This document shows positions 48,466 to 56,948 of a DNA stretch of 64,000 nt, one piece after another. Positions within the stretch are counted from its first letter, which is position 1. Each line of letters starts with the position of its first letter. A model generated the notes under the pieces. The model saw only the letters and a program-made list of their open reading frames with translations, was not told where the DNA came from and did not search any database. Where the stretch lies: assembly GCA_963758635.1 (NCBI GenBank), contig CAVWWD010000007.1:352001-416000 (forward strand), read 5' to 3'. The stretch is from an uncultured Candidatus Rokubacteria bacterium. Its GTDB lineage: Bacteria; Methylomirabilota; Methylomirabilia; Rokubacteriales; CSP1-6. The translations under genes and the position numbers were made by a program.

Positions 48466-50711
48466 TTAGAAGCGGTACCCGAGCGTCACGGCCAGGATGT
48501 GGGCCGTGTAGTCCTTGATGTCGTTGCCGAGCCAGAGCGAGCTGACGCCGGGGACGAACGGGTCCAGCTGGTCGGTCCTCCAGTTGCTCTTCTCGAACAC
48601 CTCGAACGCGTAGGAGAGCGTGGCGTACCACTTCTTCCAGAAGTGGTACCGCACGGCGGCGTCGAGCCGGAACATGCTGTCCTCGGTCGCCGGCATGCGC
48701 TTGCCCTGGGCGGTCTGCTGCTGCGAGACGCTGCCGCTCGTCACCGCGCCGGGGTTTCGGGTGTGGAGCTCGCCGAGGGCGTACTCGTAGCGGGCGCCGA
48801 ACAGGAAATCGAGGACGCCGGGGATCGCGATGGCGCGGAGCCCCAGGTGGAACGCGTGGATCCGGTCGGCGTTCACGGTGATCCAGTCGAAGTCGGGGAA
48901 CATCGCGGGCGGACGTTTTCCACGGGCCGGCTGCGCGAGACCTGCTTCTGCATGATCGACTCGTAGTTGTAACCGGCGGTCACGGCGAGGCGTTCCGACG
49001 GCGCCCACGTGAGGTCGACGCCGGCCGTCCAGTTCTCGCCGCTCTGGAGCCCGAGCCTCGAGTTGTAGTAGTCGTCCATCCGGTAGCTGCCGGTGAGCGC
49101 GGCGGTCAGCCCGTCGAGGGGGGTGAACTCGAGCATCACGTCGACGCGCTGGCGATCCCGGTCGGACTCGTCCAGCTTCCGCAGGAGCGGCGACTGTCCC
49201 TGGGAGATCTGCGCCTGCTCCAGCTCCTCGAGCACGATGTGGGAGAGGCGGGCCGTCGTGTCGTACTCGTCGATCCGCCGGAACGACGGCCGGTAGGTCA
49301 GGCGGGCGACCAGCCAGTCCCACGGGCGTGACGTCCACCGCGGCCCGGACGAAGTACTCGTCGCTCCGCTGGACCTCGCGCCGGTCGCTCCGGTCCAGCC
49401 GCTCCCACCCGCCCCCGAGCCCGGCGGCCACCAGCGACCCGAAGCGCCAGCGGGCGTCGCCGTCCACGTTGTGCCGCGTGTACGGGTAGCGGGGCACGTT
49501 GCCGGGCTCGGTCACGAGCGTGCGGTCGCTCGTGACCGAGCCCGGCAGGACGAACTCGTCGGTCATGTCGTTGAAGTCGAAGAGGCGGTACTTGAGCGTC
49601 AGGGCCAGGGGGGGAAGCGGGCGGCTCGTGACGTTCGCGTTGAACGTCGTGACGCCGACCACCCCTTCCAGGCTCTTCTTGCGGAAGCACGAGCACGGGC
49701 GAGGCGAGCCCGGTGTTGATCGTGTGCGGCAGGAAGTCCTGGTCCTGGAAGCGCAGGCTGTAGGTGAAGTTCCCGGTGATGCGCGTGCGCCAAAACGGCA
49801 GCGAGACGCCGCCGGCGATGTTGAACGTGTGGGCGCTGTTGTCGGGGGCGAGCGAGGTGCGACCCTCGGTCGGGCCGCCGCCGTCACCGGCGCAGCCGAA
49901 TGCCGGCGGGAGGCCGGCGGGCGAGGCGCTGAGGCCCGAGCACGGGTTCGCCGAGACCACCCCGTCCAGGTCGTTCGTGAACAAGGAGAAGCGCATACCC
50001 CATGGTGAGCTGCCACGTTTCCCGGCTGATGACGGCGCGCAGCCGGAGGTCGTGGACGGTCTGGTTGATCGGCTCGAGGATCTCGTAGAAGTTTCCGCCC
50101 GGCGACCCGAACGCCATGCCCAGGGGGCGATCGCCGGACTTGTACGTCCGGTTGTACTCGGCGATGAGGTCGATGTCGGGGGTCGGCGTCAGCTTGAAGG
50201 AGATCTTCGCCTGGTCCCAGCGGGTGGCGACCTCGTCCAGCTCGGGCGCCGCGTTGTGCTTCTCCAGGGTCGGGCGGGGAGTGGGCAGGTCGAACACGCC
50301 GCGCGGCCCCTCGGTGGCGAGGAAGCGGGCGTTCGTCGAGAACGTGTGGGGAATCTGGTTCCACTCGAAGGACCCTTCCCAGAGACCGAGGCGCCCGGCG
50401 CCGAGCGAGTACTCCTGGTCCTTCTGCCCCCACTTCGAGCCGCCCAGCTCGAAGAAGAGCTGCTGGTCGATCGTGGACAGCCGGAGGTCCAGATGGTCGA
50501 GGAACGGCCGATTCGCGGGGAGATCCCGGTACTCCTCGAACTTCGCGCTCTCGCTCCTGGACGGCTCGCCGGGGAGGAGGCGGAAGCCGGCTTCGGCCTC
50601 GCCTTCCAGCACCCAGCTGCCGCCGAGGACGGTCTGCGCCGAGACGACGCGGGGCATCGACAGCGCCGAGAGGAACACCAGGACGAGGCCCGCGCGTCTC
50701 ATGGTCTTCAT
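48466..50711 (-). CDS. mtrB: MtrB/PioB family decaheme-associated outer-membrane beta-barrel (several frameshifts)
   Basis: Signal peptide, SAKFEEYRDL, EPINQT, SLAPDNSAH, C-terminal DY.AH...TLGYRF; directly downstream of the decaheme gene. Confidence 0.85.
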
Positions 50712-50721
50712 GGGCACGCTC

Positions 50722-51699
50722 CTATCGGGTGAAGGCGTGGCCCGACGGATGGTTCGTCCCGTGAATGATCGCGTGGCAGCTCAGGCACGAGCGGCCCATC
50801 GTGAACTTCAGGTCACCGGTGGCGCGCCCGTAGGGGCTCGTGGGATGCCGCGTCTCGACGTGGCACTGCTGGCACAGGCGAGGCGCGTTCAGCGTGAGCA
50901 TCTTGGCGTGGTTGCTGCCGTGGGGGTTGTGGCAGTTGACGCAGCTCTCCATCACCGGCGGGTGCTCGTAGAGGAACGGGCCCCGCTTCTCGGCGTGGCA
51001 GGTGTAGCACGTGTCGTTGAGCGACGGCTCCTTCAGGAGGGCGGGGGTGATGGAGCCGTGCGGACTGTGGCAGGACGAGCACGACATCTTCCCCTCCAGC
51101 ATGGGATGGCGCGAGAACTTGGTCGCCGCCGCCCGCTGCTGGATGTGACAGGTGCCGCAGGTCTCGGTCTCGGTCGGGCGGGCGAGCTGCCCGCGGCGCG
51201 TGACGTTCTCCATGACCTTGTGGCAGCTCGTGCACGCCACGTCGCGCATCTCGTGAGCGCTGCCTTGCCACATCATGTGCTTGTCCTTGGTGTGGCACGT
51301 CAGGCACATCTGGTTGCGCTCGGTCACCGGGGTCTTGTCGTTCTTCGCGAACGTGATCAGGCCGCCCTTGCCCTTGCCGCCGCCCGCCTCCACGTGGGCC
51401 TGGCCCGGGCCGTGGCAGTTCTCGCAGGCCAGGCCTTCCTTCGCGTTGCGAGGACTGTGCAGGAAGAGGCGGCCCATCTTGGTGCTCGAGAACTTCTGGA
51501 ACGCCGGCTCGTGGCAAGCCTTGCACGTGTCGGCGCCGACGTAGCCGGCGGGGAGCGCGGCGGCCGCTGCCGGCGCGGCGGCTGCCGGCGCGGCGGGGTT
51601 CTGGGCGGGGGCCCGGGACGGGGCGAGGAGCGCGACGACCACGGCGGCGACAACGCCGAGGCCGGCGGTGAGACCGATCAGCTTGACCGCTCGAGCCAT
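50722..51699 (-). CDS. mtrA: DmsE/MtrA/MtoA family decaheme cytochrome c
   Basis: Exactly 10 CxxCH motifs; YVGADTC, KRGPFLYEHPPV, CH..IHG.NHPSG. Confidence 0.95.
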   Translation of the reverse strand: MARAVKLIGLTAGLGVVAAVVVALLAPSRAPAQNPAAPAAAAPAAAAALPAGYVGADTCKACHEPAFQKFSSTKMGRLFLHSPRNAKEGLACENCHGPGQAHVEAGGGKGKGGLITFAKNDKTPVTERNQMCLTCHTKDKHMMWQGSAHEMRDVACTSCHKVMENVTRRGQLARPTETETCGTCHIQQRAAATKFSRHPMLEGKMSCSSCHSPHGSITPALLKEPSLNDTCYTCHAEKRGPFLYEHPPVMESCVNCHNPHGSNHAKMLTLNAPRLCQQCHVETRHPTSPYGRATGDLKFTMGRSCLSCHAIIHGTNHPSGHAFTR

Positions 51700-51812
51700 G
51701 CTCGCACCCTCTGGTCAGGGACCCTGAGCGTGATGCGGGGAGGATCGGTCGCGCGCGCGACGATCGCTCCGTGGACGTTCGTCGGCAGCGTAGGCCACTA
51801 ACGGGCTCCAAC

Positions 51813-51878
51813 ACAATAGTTCAATTGCGTGAGCGGCTCGTCTTACGTCCTACGTCACCTCCTCGTACGTCAAACGTC
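51813..51878 (-). promoter_or_regulatory. activator-dependent promoter with four ACGTC repeats upstream of mtrA
   Basis: TATTGT -10 (51818-51813), no good -35; TACGTC at 51844, 51851 and 51866, AACGTC at 51873. Confidence 0.5.
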
Positions 51879-51935
51879 GCCCTTATGTCAACATCGACGG
51901 CCGCGGTCGCGCCTGACCATGCGACCCCGGGGCCG

Positions 51936-52145
51936 TCAGAAGAGCTTCTTCGCCTTCAGGTCGGCGACCACGGCGCCCAGGAGCAGCAGGAGGGCCGCCG
52001 CGACCATGGCCTGGCCGACGAACATGTACACGGTGAAGGCGATCGGCCCGTTCTGCACGAGCACCACCAGGGCGAGCACGCTGGCCAGGGCGGCCAGGAC
52101 GATGGCGATCCGGAGCGCGCGCGCGCGGCCGGGCTCGGGGCTCAT
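51936..52145 (-). CDS. small 2-TM membrane protein coupled to the NapC/NirT gene
   Basis: 69 aa, two hydrophobic helices, ATGA overlap with the tetraheme cytochrome stop. Confidence 0.7.
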   Translation of the reverse strand: MSPEPGRARALRIAIVLAALASVLALVVLVQNGPIAFTVYMFVGQAMVAAALLLLLGAVVADLKAKKLF

Positions 52146-52876
52146 CGCGCCGCCGCCTTCTGCTCGGGGTGGGCGGGTCCGTGACAGTCCAGGCACGAGG
52201 TCTTGCCCTCGATCAGGGCGGGTAGCTCCTCCTTGGGGTGGCCGTCCGAGTTCATGAACTTCGGGGCGCCGCCGTGGCAGCCGAGGCACCGGCTGTTCGG
52301 AAACGGGCTCGCGATCTTGAGCGGCAGGGTGTAGGTCCCGGTCGTGTAGTACCAGACGTGGCCGAGCCCGGCCAGCTTGGCCTGGACCGTGCCCGCCATC
52401 CCGTAGTCCGAGTGGCAGGTGTAGCACTGGTGGTCGCGGATGTAGCGGTTCTTGGAGTGGACCGCGGCGAGGGTCTCGCTCTGGGGATTCCGGAGGTCCT
52501 CGACGTACGGCTTCATGACGTGACAGGAGCCGCACGAGGACACCGTGGAGGACTCCTCGAGTCCGTGGGCGAAGGCCAGGAACGCCACCATCAGCGGCAC
52601 GAGGCCCACGGCCACGAGCATCCAGCCGCGGGTGGTGGCCGAGACGCCCGCCCGGGAGAGGCTCCGCCAGGCCAGGGCGAGCAGTGCCAGGTTCAGGAGG
52701 GCGAAGGCGATGCCGAAGCCCCGGATCCATTGGCTCACCGTCCCCACCCATCCGTGGGGGAGCGGCACCCCCTCGTCGAGGGCCAACGCGGCCACAGGAA
52801 GGAGGCACAGGGCGAGCCCCGCCACCAGGGTGCAGGTCACGTTCAGGGCGCGCTTCGCGTCGAGGGCGCGCTTCAC
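52142..52876 (-). CDS. NapC/NirT (CymA/NrfH-like) membrane tetraheme cytochrome c
   Basis: N-terminal TMs; CGSCHVM, CYTCH, CLGCH, CLDCH. Confidence 0.88.
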   Translation of the reverse strand: MKRALDAKRALNVTCTLVAGLALCLLPVAALALDEGVPLPHGWVGTVSQWIRGFGIAFALLNLALLALAWRSLSRAGVSATTRGWMLVAVGLVPLMVAFLAFAHGLEESSTVSSCGSCHVMKPYVEDLRNPQSETLAAVHSKNRYIRDHQCYTCHSDYGMAGTVQAKLAGLGHVWYYTTGTYTLPLKIASPFPNSRCLGCHGGAPKFMNSDGHPKEELPALIEGKTSCLDCHGPAHPEQKAAAR

Positions 52877-52924
52877 GTCCGCCCGTCCTGATCACGCGAG
52901 CGGCTGTCGGCCATGGCGTGGACC

Positions 52925-53621
52925 TCAGATCAACCGGTGGCGGTTCGCATAGGCGACAGCCTCGAGGCGGCTGTGCACCTCGAGCTTCCTGAAGATGCTC
53001 TGGACGTGGTTCCGCACAGTGGCGAGGCTCACGTGCAGGCGCTCGGCGGCCGTCCGCGTGCCCGCGCCCGCGACGAGGAGCCGCAGGACGTCGAGCTCGC
53101 GCGGGCTCAGCGTCCGGCGGGAGCGGTCGGGCCCCGGGTGCCGCGCCCCGCCGTCGCGGACGATGTCGGCCAGGTCGCGGAGCTGGGTCGCGTCGCGGAA
53201 CAGGTGCATGGTGACGTTCCCGCAGGCGCTCGCGGGCACGACGTTCACGCTCAGCCAGATGCGCTTGCCCGCCCTGGTGACGGCCTCCATCTCGAAGGTG
53301 CTGGCCGGCTTGTCGGAGCCCGTGGCGCACAGGAGGCCGCAGCCCGGGCAGGGCCCGCTCCGTCCCGGCGCCGGGAACGCCGAAGACCTGGTCGCAGCGC
53401 CTGCCGATCACGTCTCGCGCCGCGTAGCCGATGATGCGCTCGGCCGCCGCGTTCCACAGGAGGATGCGGCCCTCCGCGCCGACGGCGAAGCCGCCTTCCC
53501 CGATCCCCGCGAGGAGCCGGTCCAGGTCGCGGAGGCTCAGTCGAGACGACGGCGCCCCCGCTCCGGGGCGGCGCTCCGGGATGCTCATGGTCGCCCCCGG
53601 CCTGCGCTCCGGGATGCTCAT
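52925..53621 (-). CDS. PAS + LuxR-HTH transcriptional regulator, frameshift near 53350
   Basis: GRILLWNAAAERIIGY (PAS), TRAGKRIWLSV, LSPRELDVL...SLATVRNHVQSIFRKLEVHSRLEAV. Confidence 0.85.
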
Positions 53622-53626
53622 GGTCG
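53559..53626. repeat. 33-bp tandem duplication of the regulator start (MSIPERRPGA x2)
   Basis: GCGCTCCGGGATGCTCATGGTCG at 53571 and 53604. Confidence 0.85.
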
Positions 53627-53658
53627 ATTCCGCCGGCTCGCCTGTCGCCCGCGCGCGG

Positions 53659-54273
53659 TCACTTCGCCGGTTTGTCGAGCCGTACGGCGAGCGCCTGCGT
53701 GTAGGTGATCTCCACGAGGTCGCCCACCTTGACGCCCTCGAGGTTCTTCGGATCGCGTGCCGTGATCGTCTCCGCCCGTCCTTCCGGCCCCCTGATGGTG
53801 ACGGTGTGCGCCTTGCGGTCGATGGCCGTGACGGTCGCCGTGACGGAGATCTCCTGTCCCACTGCGCCTGCCGGATTCTCCCCGGGCTTCGACCCGGTCC
53901 TCGTCTCCTGGACGGTCACGCCGGGCGCGGCGGTCCCCGCCTTCCTGACCCGGACGACCAGCGCCCTCGTGTAGGTGGCCACGACGGGATCGCCCACGGC
54001 GATCGCGTCGAACTTCTGCTTGTCCTGGACGTTGAGCGTGATCGTGCGGCCCCCCGGGCCCTTCAGGGTCACCGTGCTCTTGTCCTTGTCGAGCGCTGAG
54101 ATGGTTCCCTTGACCGTCACTCGCTCCGTCGTGGTCCTGCTCTTGGCCGGGGCCGCTTCCTTCTCACCGGTGGCCGGGGCCTGGGCGAGCTGCGTCGCGT
54201 CGGCCTGGACGGCGGCGGGCGCATGCACCAGCAGCATCATGCCCACGATCGCTGAGATCAGTGTCTCCTGCAT
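53659..54273 (-). CDS. secreted protein with two OB-fold-like repeats
   Basis: Signal peptide; two repeats of I.A.D....TVT..GP.GR..T.....VGD.V..TYT.AL. Confidence 0.75.
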   Translation of the reverse strand: MQETLISAIVGMMLLVHAPAAVQADATQLAQAPATGEKEAAPAKSRTTTERVTVKGTISALDKDKSTVTLKGPGGRTITLNVQDKQKFDAIAVGDPVVATYTRALVVRVRKAGTAAPGVTVQETRTGSKPGENPAGAVGQEISVTATVTAIDRKAHTVTIRGPEGRAETITARDPKNLEGVKVGDLVEITYTQALAVRLDKPAK

Positions 54274-54312
54274 CTCGCTCTCCTCTCTCTGACCCGGCGC
54301 CCTCGCGGGCGC

Positions 54313-55287
54313 TCAGGTCTTCTTCCAGGTGCTGTCGGGGTTGAACTGCTTCATCGCCTTCGCGATGGCCGCGGTGCTCGGTCCGAGGTTCTTCTGGTAC
54401 ACGACGCCGTCGTGGCTGACGACGAACGTCATGATCCCGGAGGAGCCGTACTGCGCCGGGTAGGCGACCAGGGCGAAGCCGCCGATCATGCGGCCCTGGG
54501 CGAGGTAGTCGTACGCGCCGCCGGGGGCGTCCTTGCCCTGGGCGGTCAGGATCCGGAAGTAGTAGCCCCAGTAGGGCACGGGACCCGATCCCTTGGCGTA
54601 GCCCTCCGCCTTCGCGCGGGCCACCAACAGACCGAGCGGGCTCGGCGGCTCGCCCTCCTTCGTGGGCCAGAAGAGGCCGTCGCGCTTGCCCGGGCTGCTC
54701 GCGAACGCGCGGGCGTACTGCAGGAGGCCGTGTCTGTCGGGGTCGCGGAGGTAGTACTCGCGCTGCGCGTCGACGTAGGCGAGGCACACCTGGATCGTGT
54801 TGAGCTCGTTCTGGCCGATGCGCCGGTTGACGATCTCTTCCCGGCCCGCGGCGGCGTCCCAGCGCCACCACGGGCCGTCGGCGACGAGGGGGATGGCCAG
54901 GGGGAAGTCGTCCTTTCCAACAACGAGGACCACCTTGCCGCCGCCTCCCTCGAGCCGGTGCTGCTCGTCGTACATCGCGACGAACCGCTCCCGGACCTGG
55001 CGGTCCCTGACGGCGTCGCCCGACGACACGAGACCGCTGGCCCCGGGCCCGAAGATCGAGCCCAGCGCTTTGTCGTCCCCCTTCCGGAGCGCGTCCACAA
55101 GGGCGCGCTCGGCTTCCTCGAGCGAGTCGAACCGGCGCTGGGCGGCGCCGTCGGCGGTCGGGGCGCCCCATCCGGCCGTGAGGCTCAGGGTCACGACGGC
55201 GATGGCGACGAGACGCCACCCGATGCTCGGCGGAAGCCTCTTCCGGCGCTGATCCATGATCGCTCCCTCCTCGCCCACCGGGTTCAC
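54313..55287 (-). CDS. DUF2950 family protein
   Basis: FPLAIPLV, G.EE...RRIG.NEL, DGL.W, PY.GY.FRIL, GGFALVAYPA.YG.SG.MTF. Confidence 0.88.
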   Translation of the reverse strand: MNPVGEEGAIMDQRRKRLPPSIGWRLVAIAVVTLSLTAGWGAPTADGAAQRRFDSLEEAERALVDALRKGDDKALGSIFGPGASGLVSSGDAVRDRQVRERFVAMYDEQHRLEGGGGKVVLVVGKDDFPLAIPLVADGPWWRWDAAAGREEIVNRRIGQNELNTIQVCLAYVDAQREYYLRDPDRHGLLQYARAFASSPGKRDGLFWPTKEGEPPSPLGLLVARAKAEGYAKGSGPVPYWGYYFRILTAQGKDAPGGAYDYLAQGRMIGGFALVAYPAQYGSSGIMTFVVSHDGVVYQKNLGPSTAAIAKAMKQFNPDSTWKKT

Positions 55288-56923
55288 CGGCGCCCTCGTC
55301 CGCCGCCGCCACCTCCGCGCCCGCCGCCGCCGCCACCTCCTCCTCCTCCTCGCGCGCCGCCCCCACCGCCGCTGTAGCTGCCGCCGCCACCACGGCTTCC
55401 GCCGCCGGCGGAACCCATGCTCGACGACCGGCTGCCTCCGCCGGCGCCGCCCCCGCCGAAGCTCGATTCGCGGCTCGCCTGGCCCCGGCTGCTCGAGCCC
55501 CTCACGTCGCTGCCGCCTCCGCCGAACGCGCCCGCGTCACGGCCGCTCGCGGAGCCTCCGCCGCCCATGGTCTCTGCGCGCGCGCCGCCCTGGCCGCCGG
55601 CCGTCTGCCCGCGGCCGCCGACGTCACCGCGCCCGCCGACGCCACCGGCGCCGCCCACGTCACCGCGCCCGCCGACGCCACCGGCGCCGCCGACGTCACC
55701 GCGCCCGCCGACGCCACCGGCGCCGCCCACGTCACCGCGCCCGCCGACGCCACCGGCGCCGCCCACGTCACCGCGCCCGCCGACGCCACCGGCGCCGCCC
55801 ACGTCACCGCGCCCGCCGACGTCACCGCGCGCCGCCACACGTCACCGCCGCGGCCGCCGCCGCTTCCCAGGTCCTGACGGCCCTGCTCGGCGCGCCCGCG
55901 GAACTGCTCGCGGGACTGGGCGGCCTGGGCATTGCCGCCGCGGTTGTACTTCTGCTGCGTCGCCGAGTCACGGTACTGCGTGCCCTTGCGGTTCTCCGGG
56001 TTGTGCTGCCACTGGGAGCGGTTTCCCTGCTGTCCCTGCTGAGCGCGCTGGGTCCGCTGGTTGGCGACCTCGGTTCGGTTCACGTTCTTCGAGTAGTTGG
56101 TGTTCCTGTTCACGTTGACGTCCACGTTGCCGCCGCCCCAGTTGCAGTTGCCCCAGACGGCCGCGCCCACCGCCATGCCCACGCCGAAGGAGAGCGCGGC
56201 GGCGCCCCACGCGTAGCCCGGCGGGTAGGGGTAGTACGGCGGGTACGCCGGGTACGGCCAGGCGCCGTAGACCACGGTCGGGTTGTAGGACGGCACGTAG
56301 ACGACCTCGGGGCTCGCCGGCTCGATCTTGATGACGCTGGTCGGCTGCTGCACCACCACGGTCTGCGATCCTGCGGGCGGACTGGCCGCAGCCGGGGCGG
56401 GCTCGACGATGACCTTCTGCTCCTTCGTCTCCTTGAGGTTGCCCTCCTTCTGGGCCCGGGCGCGCAGGCGCTGGACCGCGTCCAGTAGCTCCTTCTGCTG
56501 CCCGAGGACGGCGTCGCCGAGCTTCTGGGTCCAGTCGAGCTTCTCGTTCATCAGGTCGAGGACCTGGGGGAAGGACGTAAGAGACTTGACGCTGTCGTCC
56601 CAGTCCTGCTCCTTCAGCTTCTCGTTGAGCTGGTCGCCCTTGAGGTTCGGATTGGCCTTCACGAACCGGTGGGCCTGGACGATCTCCAGCGGATACGTCG
56701 AGGCCATGAGCACCTGGGCGAGCAGCGGGTCGGGGTAGAGCGCCACCGGGGCCGCGACCTGCTCGAGCTCCTCCGGCGTGAAGGGCTTGTCCGTGCCGCT
56801 CGGCGCGGCGGCCGGCGCGGAGCTCGACTGCGCGCTCACCGACACGGGCCCCGCCGTCGCCAGGACGAGCAGCCAGGCCAGGAGCCATGCCAGCGGCCTC
56901 GTCCGTTCCATCAATGCGATCAT
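55284..56923 (-). CDS. DUF3300 family protein with long Gly/Arg-rich tail, frameshift near 55840
   Basis: APVALYPDPLLAQVLMASTYP, WDDSVKSL, VYVPSYNP.VVYG.W, W.HNP..R. Confidence 0.88.
55615..55835. repeat. 36-bp tandem repeat encoding GGRGDVGGAGGV
   Basis: Five full units plus half units; 7 RGD tripeptides. Confidence 0.9.
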
Positions 56924-56948
56924 GTGATTCTCCTCGCGATACGGGCGG

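Noticed and set aside
51936..53621. 561-aa PAS/membrane fusion ORF
   Set aside because: Artefact of the frameshift in the PAS-LuxR gene running through the NapC gene out of frame into the small membrane gene
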